DNA from: Patescibacteria group bacterium
Lineage (GTDB): Bacteria > Patescibacteriota > Microgenomatia > Levybacterales > UBA12049
Reading direction: 5' to 3'
Assembly: GCA_035651435.1 (NCBI GenBank)
Contig: DASRFS010000054.1
Location: 1-56,406, forward strand
Length of the DNA stretch: 56,406 nucleotides
Of the stretch, positions 1-13,034 are shown piece by piece; the stretch's first letter is position 1; every line of letters starts with the position of its first letter. The notes under the pieces were generated by a model. It had not been told where the DNA came from. It made no database searches and saw nothing but the letters and a program-made list of their open reading frames with translations. The translations under genes and the position numbers were made by a program.

Positions 1-532
1 CAACAACTTGTGAGGCGTCAGAGAGAATCGTAACGCCAGCCGGAGCCTTTATCTCCGCTACTGTTATTTGGTCGTCTACGTTCGCAAGTTTTTCGACGTT
101 AACCTCAATATTTTCCGGAAGATCGGTTGGCAATGCCTCGACTTCTAATTCAGATATTTGTTCAAGTAAGATTCCAACCTTATTTATAATTGCTTGCGGT
201 TCTCCAACAAAGCTTACGGGAACCGAGGTCTTAACTTTTTCCTTAAGATTTACCTGATAAAAATCAGCGTGCAGGGGTTCGTGTGAGACCGGGTCGTATT
301 GAACGTTATGGATTAGGACCGGCTTCATTTGACCGTCTACTTTAAGTTCAACTAACCCCGTTTCTCCAACCTCTTTGAAAGTTTTTTCAAATTCTTTAGT
401 AGGAAGTTCGACAGCCAAGGATTTGACCTCTTTGCCGTAAACATTTGCAGGCAAAAGACCTTCTTTTCGAAGTTTTTTGACCTTTTTTCCTAAGACTTTT
501 CGCTCGTTTACTTGTAGGCTGACTTTCTTCAT
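1..532 (-). CDS. rplY: 50S ribosomal protein L25/Ctc, N-terminal part (C-terminus runs off the window start)
   Basis: Own translation from ATG (complement of 530-532): MKKVSLQVNERKVLGKKVKKLRKEGLLPANVYGKEVKS..., the typical L25/Ctc N-terminus. Absent from the ORF track because it is truncated by the window edge. Confidence 0.8.
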   Translation of the reverse strand, partial: MKKVSLQVNERKVLGKKVKKLRKEGLLPANVYGKEVKSLAVELPTKEFEKTFKEVGETGLVELKVDGQMKPVLIHNVQYDPVSHEPLHADFYQVNLKEKVKTSVPVSFVGEPQAIINKVGILLEQISELEVEALPTDLPENIEVNVEKLANVDDQITVAEIKAPAGVTILSDASQVV

Positions 533-576
533 GAGTTGTTATTGTACCTTAAAGTTTATTAGTTTACAATTGTTCT

Positions 577-1152
577 ATGCGTATACTCGGCATTGATCCG
601 GGACTTGCCCGAGTTGGTTGGGCGGTTGTAGACCACGACCTTGAAAGTAAATTATTAACTGCAATTGCTTTTGATTGTTTTGAAACAAAAAAAGAGGTGG
701 AGACCTCCAAAAGACTTGAACAAATCTATGACCAAATAATGATGCTAATAAGAGTCCACAACCCCGACGTTTTGGCAATCGAGCAACTGTTTTTTGCAAT
801 AAACGCAAAGACTGCTTTTGCTGTTTCGCAAGCCCGAGGAGTAATCCTTTTGGCAGGCGCAAAAAAGGGAATTCCAAATTTTGTCTACACACCATTGCAG
901 GTTAAAATGATCGTCACTGGTTACGGAAGGGCGGAAAAGGAAGAGGTGGGGAAAAGGATAAAAAAATTATTAAAGCTTACAAAGGTTCCAAAACTCGACG
1001 ACACAGCGGATGCCTTGGCGGTTGCGATTGCTCACACCCTGGCAAATGGAGTCCATACCAATAAGCCCTATCAAAAACCCGTGAAGAAATCTAAAACAAA
1101 GGGGAATGGAGTTAAGAAACTTCTTCCAAAATCACAACCTCTGAGTTTGTGA
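577..1152 (+). CDS. ruvC: Holliday junction resolvase RuvC with a Lys-rich C-terminal tail
   Basis: MRILGIDPGLARVGWAVV N-terminus (catalytic Asp in IDPG) and the C-terminal DDTADALAVAIAH motif. TACAAT at 565-570 ends 6 nt before the ATG. Confidence 0.9.
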   Translation: MRILGIDPGLARVGWAVVDHDLESKLLTAIAFDCFETKKEVETSKRLEQIYDQIMMLIRVHNPDVLAIEQLFFAINAKTAFAVSQARGVILLAGAKKGIPNFVYTPLQVKMIVTGYGRAEKEEVGKRIKKLLKLTKVPKLDDTADALAVAIAHTLANGVHTNKPYQKPVKKSKTKGNGVKKLLPKSQPLSL

Positions 1153-1759
1153 CTCCGGTCTTAAATTTTTCCTCCGCCTCTTTATAACTTTCTCCCAAAA
1201 TATTTCTATAGTGCATGGGAATTGTAGTTTTTGCAGCAATTGAATTTGCAGCTTTTATCGCCTCGTCAACGTCCATCGTATAAGTCCCGCCGATTGGAAG
1301 CATCGCAACATCGATTTGCCATTTTGCCAAGTCCTTCATCTCCGGTATAAAATCGGTGTCTCCCGCGTGGTAAATTTTTATACCATTTATATTGAAGAAA
1401 TATCCGACCCAATTCTTTTCTTTGGGGTGGAAAGACTTATCTATATTATATGCAGGGAAAGTCCAAAACTTAAACCCTTTAGCCTCATATTCTTTGTTTG
1501 GCAAAACTTCTATCTTTGTATTTTTAACATCAATCATCGACAGACAGTCCGCCGGAGCAATTAAAATGGTATCGTCCTTTATGATTTTTTGAATGTCTTT
1601 TGGCTCGCAATGGTCGGAGTGGGCGTGGGTTATAAAAATTAAATCTGCCGGCTCAAGGTCACCGCTTTTAAGGTCAAAAGGATCTACGTAATAGATTTTG
1701 TTTCCGTTCTTATCAACAAATGAGAAAGATGCATGCCCAAACCACTTTATATTCTCCAC
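1112..1759 (-). CDS. Metallo-beta-lactamase-fold metal-dependent hydrolase
   Basis: HxHxDH motif (ITHAHSDH) and a WFGHASF N-terminus typical of UPF0173-type MBL hydrolases. Confidence 0.75.
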   Translation of the reverse strand: MENIKWFGHASFSFVDKNGNKIYYVDPFDLKSGDLEPADLIFITHAHSDHCEPKDIQKIIKDDTILIAPADCLSMIDVKNTKIEVLPNKEYEAKGFKFWTFPAYNIDKSFHPKEKNWVGYFFNINGIKIYHAGDTDFIPEMKDLAKWQIDVAMLPIGGTYTMDVDEAIKAANSIAAKTTIPMHYRNILGESYKEAEEKFKTGVTNSEVVILEEVS

Positions 1760-1865
1760 AATTTCAAATTATACCATTAGCTTTAATCTATATTGTAAGG
1801 TTTATGCAAATATTGAGACTAAATCGATCGTTTAATTCGATAAATTTTTTTAAATGAAGGGACAT

Positions 1866-3187
1866 CTATTTGACTAACTTCGAGGCAAGGCCGGTGTATT
1901 TTGAAGGAGTTAAGTTTAATAGTTTTTGTTTGTTTTTGCCGGAAATTTGAAGAGCTTCAACAAGGTTTAGCCAATCTTCTCTGTCCAATTTCTTCCCCTT
2001 TGTTAATTCGAGTACTTTTGAATAGGAATCTTTAACGTGTTCGATTCTTAATATGGTTTGCAAAGCTTCGGAAAGAATTGACCAGTCAGAGTTCAAATCT
2101 TCCAGAATCTGATTTTTATCGATAGTGATTTTTGAAAGACCGAAGAGGGTATTTTTGTAGGCTAAAAGAGAGTGGGCGAGTACTCCTCCAATATTTCTTA
2201 GAATTGTCGAGCCAGATAAATCTCTTTGAAGCCTTGATATCGGAAGTTCACGAGTAAAGAGTTCAATAATCCCGTTTGCCATCTTCAAATTTCCTTCGGA
2301 ATTCTCAAAATCAATAGGATTAATTTTCTGCGGCATGGTTGAAGAACCGACTTGATCCTTCTCACTATTGAGAACAAGCCAGCCATCGCTTATATACCTC
2401 CACAGATCTTGATTAAGGTCTATTAAAATACCATTAATTCTTTGGATGTTTTGGAAGAATTCAATGATGTCTTCGTTTGAGTTTACTTGGGTAGTTAGTA
2501 AATTTGGTCTAAATCCGAATGATTGGATGAAGTCTCTCGAAAATTTGAGCCAGTTGACCTTTGGATAAGAAAAATGAAGCGCGTTGTAGTTTCCGACAGC
2601 TCCGTTAAGCTTTCCAGTGAACCTAATTCGTTCAATTTTCTCGATTTCCGAACTTAACCTTGTCAAAAAAACCATGATTTCTTTCCCCAAAGTTGTAGGA
2701 ACGGCCGGCTGGCCGTGGGTTCTGGCAAGTATCGGGATATTTTTATGCTTTTTGGCCAGTTGCTTGAGTTCATTTCTTAACTTTTGAAGATAGGGGAGAA
2801 CCGCAACGAAAAATCCGTCCCTAAGCATTAACCTATAAGCGATATTATTAATATCCTCGGAAGTTAAACCAAAGTGGATCATTTCCGAAACCTCGGGTTT
2901 TAGTTCGTTTCTAAGGTAAATCTCAATAGCCTTTACGTCGTGCCTTACCCTTTCCTCGATTTCCTTTACTTTTTCTGCTTCATCAAGGTCAAAACCTTTG
3001 ACCAAGTTTTGAATTTTGCTTCTTTCCCTAGGACCAAGTCTAAGTAGCCCAAGTTTTGAGACCGCGATAAGATATTTTGTTTCGATTTCTACCCTTGTTC
3101 GAATAAGAGCAAATTCCGACACAAAAGGGGAAAGCTCTAGGGTTTTTTCTTTGTAGCGTCCGTCAATTGGAGAAACTGATGTTAAAC

Positions 3188-3191
<4 letters not shown>
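1866..3191 (-). CDS. purB: Adenylosuccinate lyase
   Basis: SPIDGRYKEKT N-terminus and the fumarate-lyase signature SSTMPQKINPIDFEN. Confidence 0.93.
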
Positions 3192-7015
<3,824 letters not shown>

Positions 7016-7080
7016 CTACTAATAGAGGCCCATTCGTGTTAAAATAGAGACCTAGTGTTCTAACAGAGCTAGTAAAAATT

Positions 7081-8211
7081 ATGGCAAAAACCGCTAAAAA
7101 GGCAGCAGCAAAACCCAAGAAAAACCAAAAACCCGAAAAGAAAATAGATTTTATCTCGGACATCGTTGCCTCTGCTAAAAAAAGAGGATATATAACACAG
7201 GATGAAATCCTCTCCATTTTCCCAAAACCCGAGGAACACATAAGTGAACTGGACGAACTCTACAACCGCCTAATGAGGTCGGATATCGACGTCTTTGAAT
7301 CCGTTGCGGCAACTTCCGAGGAAGAAAAACCAATCGAAGATTTGGAAAAAGAATTAGAGGCCTTGACCGTTCTTACCGAAGGAACAGTTTCGGATCCGGT
7401 TAGGATGTACCTTAAGGAGATAGGAAGAATTCCGCTTTTAACGTTTGAGCAGGAGATAGCGCTTGCAAAAAGAGTCGAAAAAAGCGATAGAGAAGCGAAG
7501 AAAACCCTTGTTAACTCAAACCTTCGGTTAGTAGTTTCTATTGCAAAAAAATATGTTGGAAGAGGTTTGACCCTTTTGGATTTAATCCAGGAAGGGAACC
7601 AGGGATTAATAAGGGCTGTTGAAAAATATGATTGGAGAAGGGGTTATAAATTCTCAACCTACGCAACCTGGTGGATTAGACAGTCGATAACCCGTGCAAT
7701 TGCAGACCAAGCCCGAACCATTAGAATCCCAGTCCACATGGTCGAAAATATAAATAGATTTTTAAGAACCTCAAGAAAGCTAATGCAGGAATTGGGACGA
7801 GAGCCTACGCCTGAGGAAGTTGCAAAAGTGCTGCAGATTGATCCTGAAAAGGCCTTGGAAATTATAAAAATATCCCAGGAGCCTGCGTCTTTGGAATCAC
7901 CCGTCGGAGACGAGGAAGATTCAAGGCTTGGGGACTTTATCCACGATACATCTGCTCCGACTTTGTTTGATTCCGCATCGCGCGAACTCTTAAAAGAGCA
8001 AGTCGAACAAGTTCTTTCAACGTTATCTGATAGGGAAAAAAGAGTATTGGAAGAAAGATTCGGACTTAAAGACGGAAGGCCAAAAACCTTAGAAGAAGTA
8101 GGGAAAATGTTTGCGGTTACAAGGGAGCGTATAAGACAAATTGAAGCAAAATCCCTTCGAAAACTCCGCCACCCTAGTCGTGGCAACAAACTCAAGGATT
8201 ATCTGGGATAG
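7081..8211 (+). CDS. rpoD: Primary RNA polymerase sigma factor (sigma-70)
   Basis: Region 2 [27 protein letters not shown] and region 4 [27 protein letters not shown]. Sits directly after dnaG as in the conserved dnaG-rpoD operon. Confidence 0.95.
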   Translation: MAKTAKKAAAKPKKNQKPEKKIDFISDIVASAKKRGYITQDEILSIFPKPEEHISELDELYNRLMRSDIDVFESVAATSEEEKPIEDLEKELEALTVLTEGTVSDPVRMYLKEIGRIPLLTFEQEIALAKRVEKSDREAKKTLVNSNLRLVVSIAKKYVGRGLTLLDLIQEGNQGLIRAVEKYDWRRGYKFSTYATWWIRQSITRAIADQARTIRIPVHMVENINRFLRTSRKLMQELGREPTPEEVAKVLQIDPEKALEIIKISQEPASLESPVGDEEDSRLGDFIHDTSAPTLFDSASRELLKEQVEQVLSTLSDREKRVLEERFGLKDGRPKTLEEVGKMFAVTRERIRQIEAKSLRKLRHPSRGNKLKDYLG

Positions 8212-8214
8212 GGC

Positions 8215-8243
8215 TTGACACTTAACTAATTCTCTTCTACAAT
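8215..8243 (+). promoter_or_regulatory. Consensus-like sigma-70 promoter (TTGACA-17 nt-TACAAT)
   Basis: TTGACA at 8215-8220, a 17-nt spacer, then TACAAT at 8238-8243, directly after the rpoD stop. Confidence 0.5.
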
Positions 8244-8254
8244 TTCTTTTTGAT

Positions 8255-8404
8255 ATGGAAAGTCCGGAAAGATTCATGAGGCCAAGAGGAGTCCCAAGGC
8301 CAGATCTTAGAGATCCTAAAATCAAAACAGAGATTCAAAGGACGGACAAGCTCCCAAGGAAGGGGATAGACTTCAGAGGACTTAAAACCCAACCCCAGCA
8401 ATAA
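8255..8404 (+). CDS. Hypothetical 49-aa Arg/Pro-rich small protein (uncertain)
   Basis: Own translation MESPERFMRPRGVPRPDLRDPKIKTEIQRTDKLPRKGIDFRGLKTQPQQ. Only support is the strong promoter 12 nt upstream. Confidence 0.25.
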   Translation: MESPERFMRPRGVPRPDLRDPKIKTEIQRTDKLPRKGIDFRGLKTQPQQ

Positions 8405-8445
8405 CCTCTTGACAAGAATCCCATAATAAAAGACTATCTATTTAC

Positions 8446-9072
8446 ATGGCCTTATCGCTTGAAAGAGCAGAATATGGAAAAAGCGGGCTAATTGTATCTC
8501 ATCAAGAAAACCATAGTCGTCCAAGGCCACCTCTTCGTCAAGATATTCCAAGATCTAAAGGCGTAGATCTAGTTGCTGCCTTAGCCGAAAATGGTTATAG
8601 ATACGAGGATGCAGTCTTTAAAATAAGAGCAGAAATGGATGGGAAATTTAGGATAGGACCGAAATTGTCTGATTGGCTCTTTTCCTTCGGTGACATAAGA
8701 AAAGATATGAAAGGCATGAAGGGAAAAGGCAATCCTGACGAGTGGGAGATAGATGTAAGCGGAAGAAATCTTTGGGTAGTTACCGGAGTAGCAGAATACA
8801 AGTGGCAAGCTGGGGATATAGAAAAAGAAGGCAGGGAGAAAAGGGCGATGTTTAAAAATCTTCTGGAAAGACTAGATGATTTAAAGATTTTTTCTGAACT
8901 TTTGCGAAGATCATTGCCGGAAATTTCAATCCCAGACCACATAGATATTTTGCCCTTTGATTCTTTAAATTTGACCTTCATCTCCCCCGATACTCAAACA
9001 GTGGAGTTTTTCACAAGAAGAAATATTCAGCATACGCCAATTCCCAGAAGTATTGTTGAGGCAGCTGCCTAG
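8446..9072 (+). CDS. Hypothetical protein (208 aa), no recognised domain; RRNIQH (Rx4H) near the C-terminus
   Basis: Long ORF with TTGACA at 8409-8414. Convergent with the nucleotidyltransferase-fold gene, 1-nt gap between the two stops. Confidence 0.5.
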   Translation: MALSLERAEYGKSGLIVSHQENHSRPRPPLRQDIPRSKGVDLVAALAENGYRYEDAVFKIRAEMDGKFRIGPKLSDWLFSFGDIRKDMKGMKGKGNPDEWEIDVSGRNLWVVTGVAEYKWQAGDIEKEGREKRAMFKNLLERLDDLKIFSELLRRSLPEISIPDHIDILPFDSLNLTFISPDTQTVEFFTRRNIQHTPIPRSIVEAAA

Positions 9073-9073
9073 C

Positions 9074-9649
9074 TTAGGCTGAGAGGCGCTGAATAACTCT
9101 TTCTATCTTTGGCAGTGGTACATTTAAACTTTGAACATCCAAAATGTCTTGTGGTCTAGGAGGAAGTGTATCGTAAAGATGAATCTTACTCGCCGCTAAA
9201 AGAGCAGGAGCCAAAACAGGTGCGATTCTGCCATCGCGATATCCGGGTACGCGACTTCTCATTATGTAGGTTATTTTATCGTCTGTAACAGGAAAACCTC
9301 TTTTCTCAAGCCAATCATTGACCCATCTTACATGAAAGTAAGGCCAAGCATCTTTGAATTCATCAACCATCGATCTGGAAGTTGTTAAGATATCGAAATC
9401 TCTTATTTGTCTGTCTAGATGCGGTACCAAAAGGGCAACTCCAGTGCCTCCCTCTATAACCCAACTTGCGAACCGATTCTGAGGAAACTCTCGTTCGAGG
9501 AAATCAAATCTTCCTATAAAGGTCATGTCTTTTGATTCCGTAAAAGTTTTTACTCTAGGACTGGATTCTTTGGGAGGTATATAAAACTCACCAGAAGCAC
9601 GGCGTGGAGAAAAGACCTTTTCATCTACGAAATGTGCTCGTTCAAGCAT
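9074..9649 (-). CDS. Nucleotidyltransferase-fold protein (AbiEii/MNT-like, tentative)
   Basis: IEGGTGVALLVPHLDRQIRDFDIL fits the pol-beta NTase pattern GG[ST]..(spacer)..R.x.DxD. Confidence 0.4.
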   Translation of the reverse strand: MLERAHFVDEKVFSPRRASGEFYIPPKESSPRVKTFTESKDMTFIGRFDFLEREFPQNRFASWVIEGGTGVALLVPHLDRQIRDFDILTTSRSMVDEFKDAWPYFHVRWVNDWLEKRGFPVTDDKITYIMRSRVPGYRDGRIAPVLAPALLAASKIHLYDTLPPRPQDILDVQSLNVPLPKIERVIQRLSA

Positions 9650-9672
9650 TAAAAGATAAATTCAAAGAATCA

Positions 9673-9834
9673 TTACTTTGACATCATGTCCCAGACAATT
9701 CCAATTACTAAAGCTGCAACTCCAACCATAAGGGTGTTAAGAGATGGAACATACTGTATAAGGATAATTCCGACTCCAAGTCCCGAAAGGCTGTGCGCTA
9801 AGGCGTGGCCAGTAAAGCATCTCTTATAATTCAT
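9673..9834 (-). CDS. Hypothetical 53-aa membrane peptide
   Basis: Own translation MNYKRCFTGHALAHSLSGLGVGIILIQYVPSLNTLMVGVAALVIGIVWDMMSK, two hydrophobic segments. Directly upstream of, and co-oriented with, the NTase-fold gene. Confidence 0.3.
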   Translation of the reverse strand: MNYKRCFTGHALAHSLSGLGVGIILIQYVPSLNTLMVGVAALVIGIVWDMMSK

Positions 9835-10031
9835 TTTCAAGTAAAATCACCCCCTTTTAATCAGTCTGGCATGGAAAAATGGGGAAGTCAATAGGGGTTC
9901 AAAAGAGGGATTTTAGCCTCGTTAAGATGAGTAAAACTCCGCCTGCGACCGCATAATAATAGAAAGGATCTAGCCTTGTCATAGTTGCTTAATTTTGAAG
10001 CAAGAGAGTAAAAGAGGAATGAAATTAACGT

Positions 10032-10052
10032 AAGATTTCAAAAAGAAATCTT
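10032..10052 (-). terminator. AT-rich hairpin downstream of the 104-aa ORF (weak terminator candidate)
   Basis: aagatttc / gaaatctt 8-bp inverted repeat with a 5-nt loop, 7 nt after the stop at 10059. Confidence 0.3.
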
Positions 10053-10058
10053 AGTCTC

Positions 10059-10373
10059 TTAATCGAGCTTTCTTTGCTGTCTTCTTAGCCTTCTTTGAGC
10101 GTCTTTACTTGTTCCTCCACCTCGAGGAATTCCTCGGGACATAAAAACTGGCGTAGGTTCTACAATAACCGGAACAAACACTCTTGCTGGCCTTCCGTCT
10201 TCAAGAGTCATTGTTCTAAGCTGAATTCCGGCGCTTTCGTTGGCATTTTTCGGAGCCATAGTCGCCAATTTATAAAGCCTACGAATTGATCTCAATGCGT
10301 CCGGCCCGTTATTTGCTTTTCGGGATCCCCTGCAGCCTTCGGGAACGGTCTTTTGTAGAGCAAATTCTTTCAT
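10059..10373 (-). CDS. Hypothetical basic protein (104 aa)
   Basis: ORF only; Arg-rich C-terminus RRLRRQQRKLD; no recognised motif. Confidence 0.4.
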   Translation of the reverse strand: MKEFALQKTVPEGCRGSRKANNGPDALRSIRRLYKLATMAPKNANESAGIQLRTMTLEDGRPARVFVPVIVEPTPVFMSRGIPRGGGTSKDAQRRLRRQQRKLD

Positions 10374-10428
10374 GAAAAAGGGATTATATAGAGAAGTATT
10401 CCGGAATGCAAGACCTAATTGAACCTAA

Positions 10429-10457
10429 TTTACAAGAGTTTCATCGTAGGGTATAAT
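10429..10457 (+). promoter_or_regulatory. Promoter for tRNA-Asn (TTTACA-17 nt-TATAAT)
   Basis: TTTACA at 10429-10434 and TATAAT at 10452-10457, 45 nt upstream of the tRNA. Followed by the 7-bp hairpin atctcac-tac-gtgagat. Confidence 0.55.
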
Positions 10458-10501
10458 CTCACTACGTGAGATTGCGAGTTTCGCTCAAAATCTTCGTTCA
10501 T

Positions 10502-10573
10502 TCCGCGATAGCTCAACGGTAGAGCACTCGCCTGTTAAGCGAATGGTTCTTGGTTCGAATCCAAGTCGCGGAG
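10502..10573 (+). tRNA. tRNA-Asn (anticodon GTT)
   Basis: Hand-folded cloverleaf: acceptor tccgcga/tcgcgga, D-arm gctc/gagc, anticodon stem ctcgc/gcgaa (one C-A mismatch), loop ctGTTaa, T-arm cttgg-ttcgaat-ccaag, discriminator g. No encoded CCA. Confidence 0.85.
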
Positions 10574-12088
10574 CAAATCTTTGGTTTTTTGGTACCGTAA
10601 GACTGCTTCAAAGATACTTTTGAAGCTAAATTTAAGTTTTTTATCCTCCAAAGACAGGTTCGAAAATACTAAATTGAGTAGATACCTTTTTTCTTCCGGC
10701 TTTCTAACCTTATAGATCTCAGATGCTTTATTTGCCACATCGAGTATTAAGCAACCAAAATCAACATATTTGTCGTCTGCTACGGTATGTCTTTTAATCT
10801 GCTCTTCTGTATCCGCTCGCTCATTTAGAAACTGCTCTCTTTTTCTATGATATGTTTCTTCGTCTATCTCTCCGTCTAATTTGTCATCATAAACATTATC
10901 TAGCCTCACTCTTATTTGAGAAAGATTATTGTTCAATACACTAAGATTTTTTCCCCTAAATGTAATTTCGTCGCTATGACTTTCCTTCAATTTATTTTTA
11001 AGCCATTCCGTTGTGTTAGAACCTAAATGTAAGTTACTAAACATCTCTATTATTTGTTTATCAATCTCCTCTTCTCTTACTGAACCTTTTTGTGAGCAAG
11101 GTTTGTAATGAGTGCAATGATAGTAAACCCAACGGTGGACTTTTCCATTGCCCTTATTAGTTTTAGTTTTTTCATCTCCGGTGATCTTACAGCTACATTC
11201 CCCACATTTTAACGAACCACGATAGGTAAGATCGTGCTTTGCATATACAGGTATTAACTCTCTGTTTTTGGTGCGATTTAACATATCCTGAACTTTATCA
11301 AAAAGCTGTTTATCAATTAGCGGTTGATGCTCGCCTTCGTATAAATGTTCATTCCAACGCATTGCACCATAATAAATCGGGTTGTTTAATATATGGTGAT
11401 AATTGCTTTTAGATAAAGGCTTGCCGTTTATAGATCTGAAACCCTGTTTGTCCATCTCTCTTTTTAAAGATTTTAAAGAGTGCGATCCCGTAGAATATAG
11501 TTCAAATGTTTTTACAATAAAATTTCCTTGAATTTCATCAGGGACTAGTAATTTATTAACCTTTTTGTAGCCTGTTGGTGCTGATCCACCCGGCCATTTA
11601 CCGTCCTCGAGCATGCCCCGTTGCCCTTTTTTAACCTCATCAGATAGATTATCTATGTAATTTTTTGCAAGCACAGCTTTTATATCAAATTGAAACTTTG
11701 CATGAGAATTTGAATTTTTATGTAACGAGAAGTTATCCCTAGAGAAAATAAATGTCTTATCATACTCGTATATTAAATCATACACCAAAGTTGCATCCTT
11801 TAAGTTACGAGTTAATCTGTCTGTTTTCTCAATATAAACACATGTTATATTTGTATGTTTCTTTAAGTAGTCTACAGCTTCTCGAAAATCATCTCTTTTT
11901 TCATTTTCCCTTGCTGATTCAATTATGAAAAATTCTTTTACAATTTTTCTATTATCCTTATCTGACGCTTCACGATTAAGTTTAGATTGTTGAGGTAATG
12001 AATAGCCTTCCTCTTGCCGTTGAGAGCTAATTCTATTTATGATGATTGCATCTTCCATTGGTTTAATTGTGATTGAGGGTCTTTCCAT
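10535..12088 (-). CDS. Large serine recombinase (integrase)
   Basis: N-terminal resolvase motif AIIINRISSQRQEEGYSLPQQ, a recombinase domain, and the zinc-ribbon CGECSCKITG...YYHCTH. ATG at complement of 12086-12088; the alternative Met at 12058 gives MEDAIIINRISS. Last 13 codons plus stop lie inside the tRNA. Confidence 0.9.
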   Translation of the reverse strand: MERPSITIKPMEDAIIINRISSQRQEEGYSLPQQSKLNREASDKDNRKIVKEFFIIESARENEKRDDFREAVDYLKKHTNITCVYIEKTDRLTRNLKDATLVYDLIYEYDKTFIFSRDNFSLHKNSNSHAKFQFDIKAVLAKNYIDNLSDEVKKGQRGMLEDGKWPGGSAPTGYKKVNKLLVPDEIQGNFIVKTFELYSTGSHSLKSLKREMDKQGFRSINGKPLSKSNYHHILNNPIYYGAMRWNEHLYEGEHQPLIDKQLFDKVQDMLNRTKNRELIPVYAKHDLTYRGSLKCGECSCKITGDEKTKTNKGNGKVHRWVYYHCTHYKPCSQKGSVREEEIDKQIIEMFSNLHLGSNTTEWLKNKLKESHSDEITFRGKNLSVLNNNLSQIRVRLDNVYDDKLDGEIDEETYHRKREQFLNERADTEEQIKRHTVADDKYVDFGCLILDVANKASEIYKVRKPEEKRYLLNLVFSNLSLEDKKLKFSFKSIFEAVLRYQKTKDLLRDLDSNQEPFA

Positions 12089-12125
12089 ATTCAATGGGTT
12101 CGCTAGGATGATTTACGAACCTCTT

Positions 12126-12287
12126 TTAATTTTTCTTATTTTCCTTATCAAATTTTATTAATGCTTCAATAAACTGAAGTAGGCTAAATGCAGATTCATA
12201 TAGCTTTTTATCTTCAATTTTTATGCTGTAGTCTTTATAAATTGCCTCTTGGAATGCTTTTAAATCTGCCGGTGTTATTATTTTCAT
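12126..12287 (-). CDS. Hypothetical 53-aa protein upstream of the recombinase (possible directionality factor, speculative)
   Basis: Own translation MKIITPADLKAFQEAIYKDYSIKIEDKKLYESAFSLLQFIEALIKFDKENKKN. Its start lies 2 nt below the upstream ORF's stop codon. Confidence 0.3.
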   Translation of the reverse strand: MKIITPADLKAFQEAIYKDYSIKIEDKKLYESAFSLLQFIEALIKFDKENKKN

Positions 12288-12289
12288 AA

Positions 12290-12577
12290 TCAGTCTTCGC
12301 TATTGAACGCAATAAATACTGCAAGTAGATCCTTTTCATTCTCATACCATCCATCGTTGTAAAAAGTACAAAGACATCCAAAGTTGCATTCTTTCTTTCC
12401 ATAACTAACCCGGAGATATACAGAAGGGTTATTCCCCCAATTTATCGTGCGTAAACTGTTGGTAAATCTTCTTAATGAATGCGTCCTTACTATTCTTACC
12501 TTTTTACTTTTTTCGAGCACCTTCATGTAATAATTTTTATTATTTTTTATAATGTTTGATTTTTTAGATTTATTCAT
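12290..12577 (-). CDS. Hypothetical protein (95 aa), Lys-rich N-terminus, Cys cluster CNFGCLC
   Basis: ORF abuts the stop of the upstream ORF (12578); no recognised domain. Confidence 0.45.
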   Translation of the reverse strand: MNKSKKSNIIKNNKNYYMKVLEKSKKVRIVRTHSLRRFTNSLRTINWGNNPSVYLRVSYGKKECNFGCLCTFYNDGWYENEKDLLAVFIAFNSED

Positions 12578-12946
12578 TTAGTACAAATCCTTTCTATATT
12601 TCCAAACAAAATATTTCTTGGGAGATCTAACGGGGTATTTTGTATCCGATTTCTCTTCTATGTCCGCTTTAACAACATGAAAAAGCCTTCCTATATTCTC
12701 ACAGCCCTTTTTTCTTACAGCGCCGAAATAAAAAGCATAATTATCTAAATCATTTAGAAAAGAAGCTATCTCTTCTGCTAATTGTGCTTCTTCAGTATTA
12801 GGAGTAAATTTACTTCTATCCAAAGCGTATTTACTCTTATTAGAAGAAATAACGTTAATACCGTTATTTAAGTTATATTTATTAACGGTACTAACGTTAA
12901 TAGGAAAACTTTTAATAATTTCACCTATTGGTTTCATATTTGTCAT
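12578..12946 (-). CDS. Hypothetical protein (122 aa)
   Basis: ORF in the element operon; no recognised motif. Confidence 0.45.
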   Translation of the reverse strand: MTNMKPIGEIIKSFPINVSTVNKYNLNNGINVISSNKSKYALDRSKFTPNTEEAQLAEEIASFLNDLDNYAFYFGAVRKKGCENIGRLFHVVKADIEEKSDTKYPVRSPKKYFVWKYRKDLY

Positions 12947-13034
12947 TTTCTTTATATCTTTCCAATTTATTTTTATTTACAACCAAATGGAAAGAGTAGA
13001 TATATTGTACGTGGCTAGAAAAAGGGTATTTAGT

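Noticed and set aside
575-895. 106-aa minus-strand ORF covering the ruvC start region
   Set aside because: Antisense shadow of the well-supported ruvC gene; low-complexity, Leu/Gln-rich, no motif.
7659-8195. 178-aa ORF antisense to rpoD
   Set aside because: Ser-rich shadow ORF opposite the most conserved part of sigma-70.
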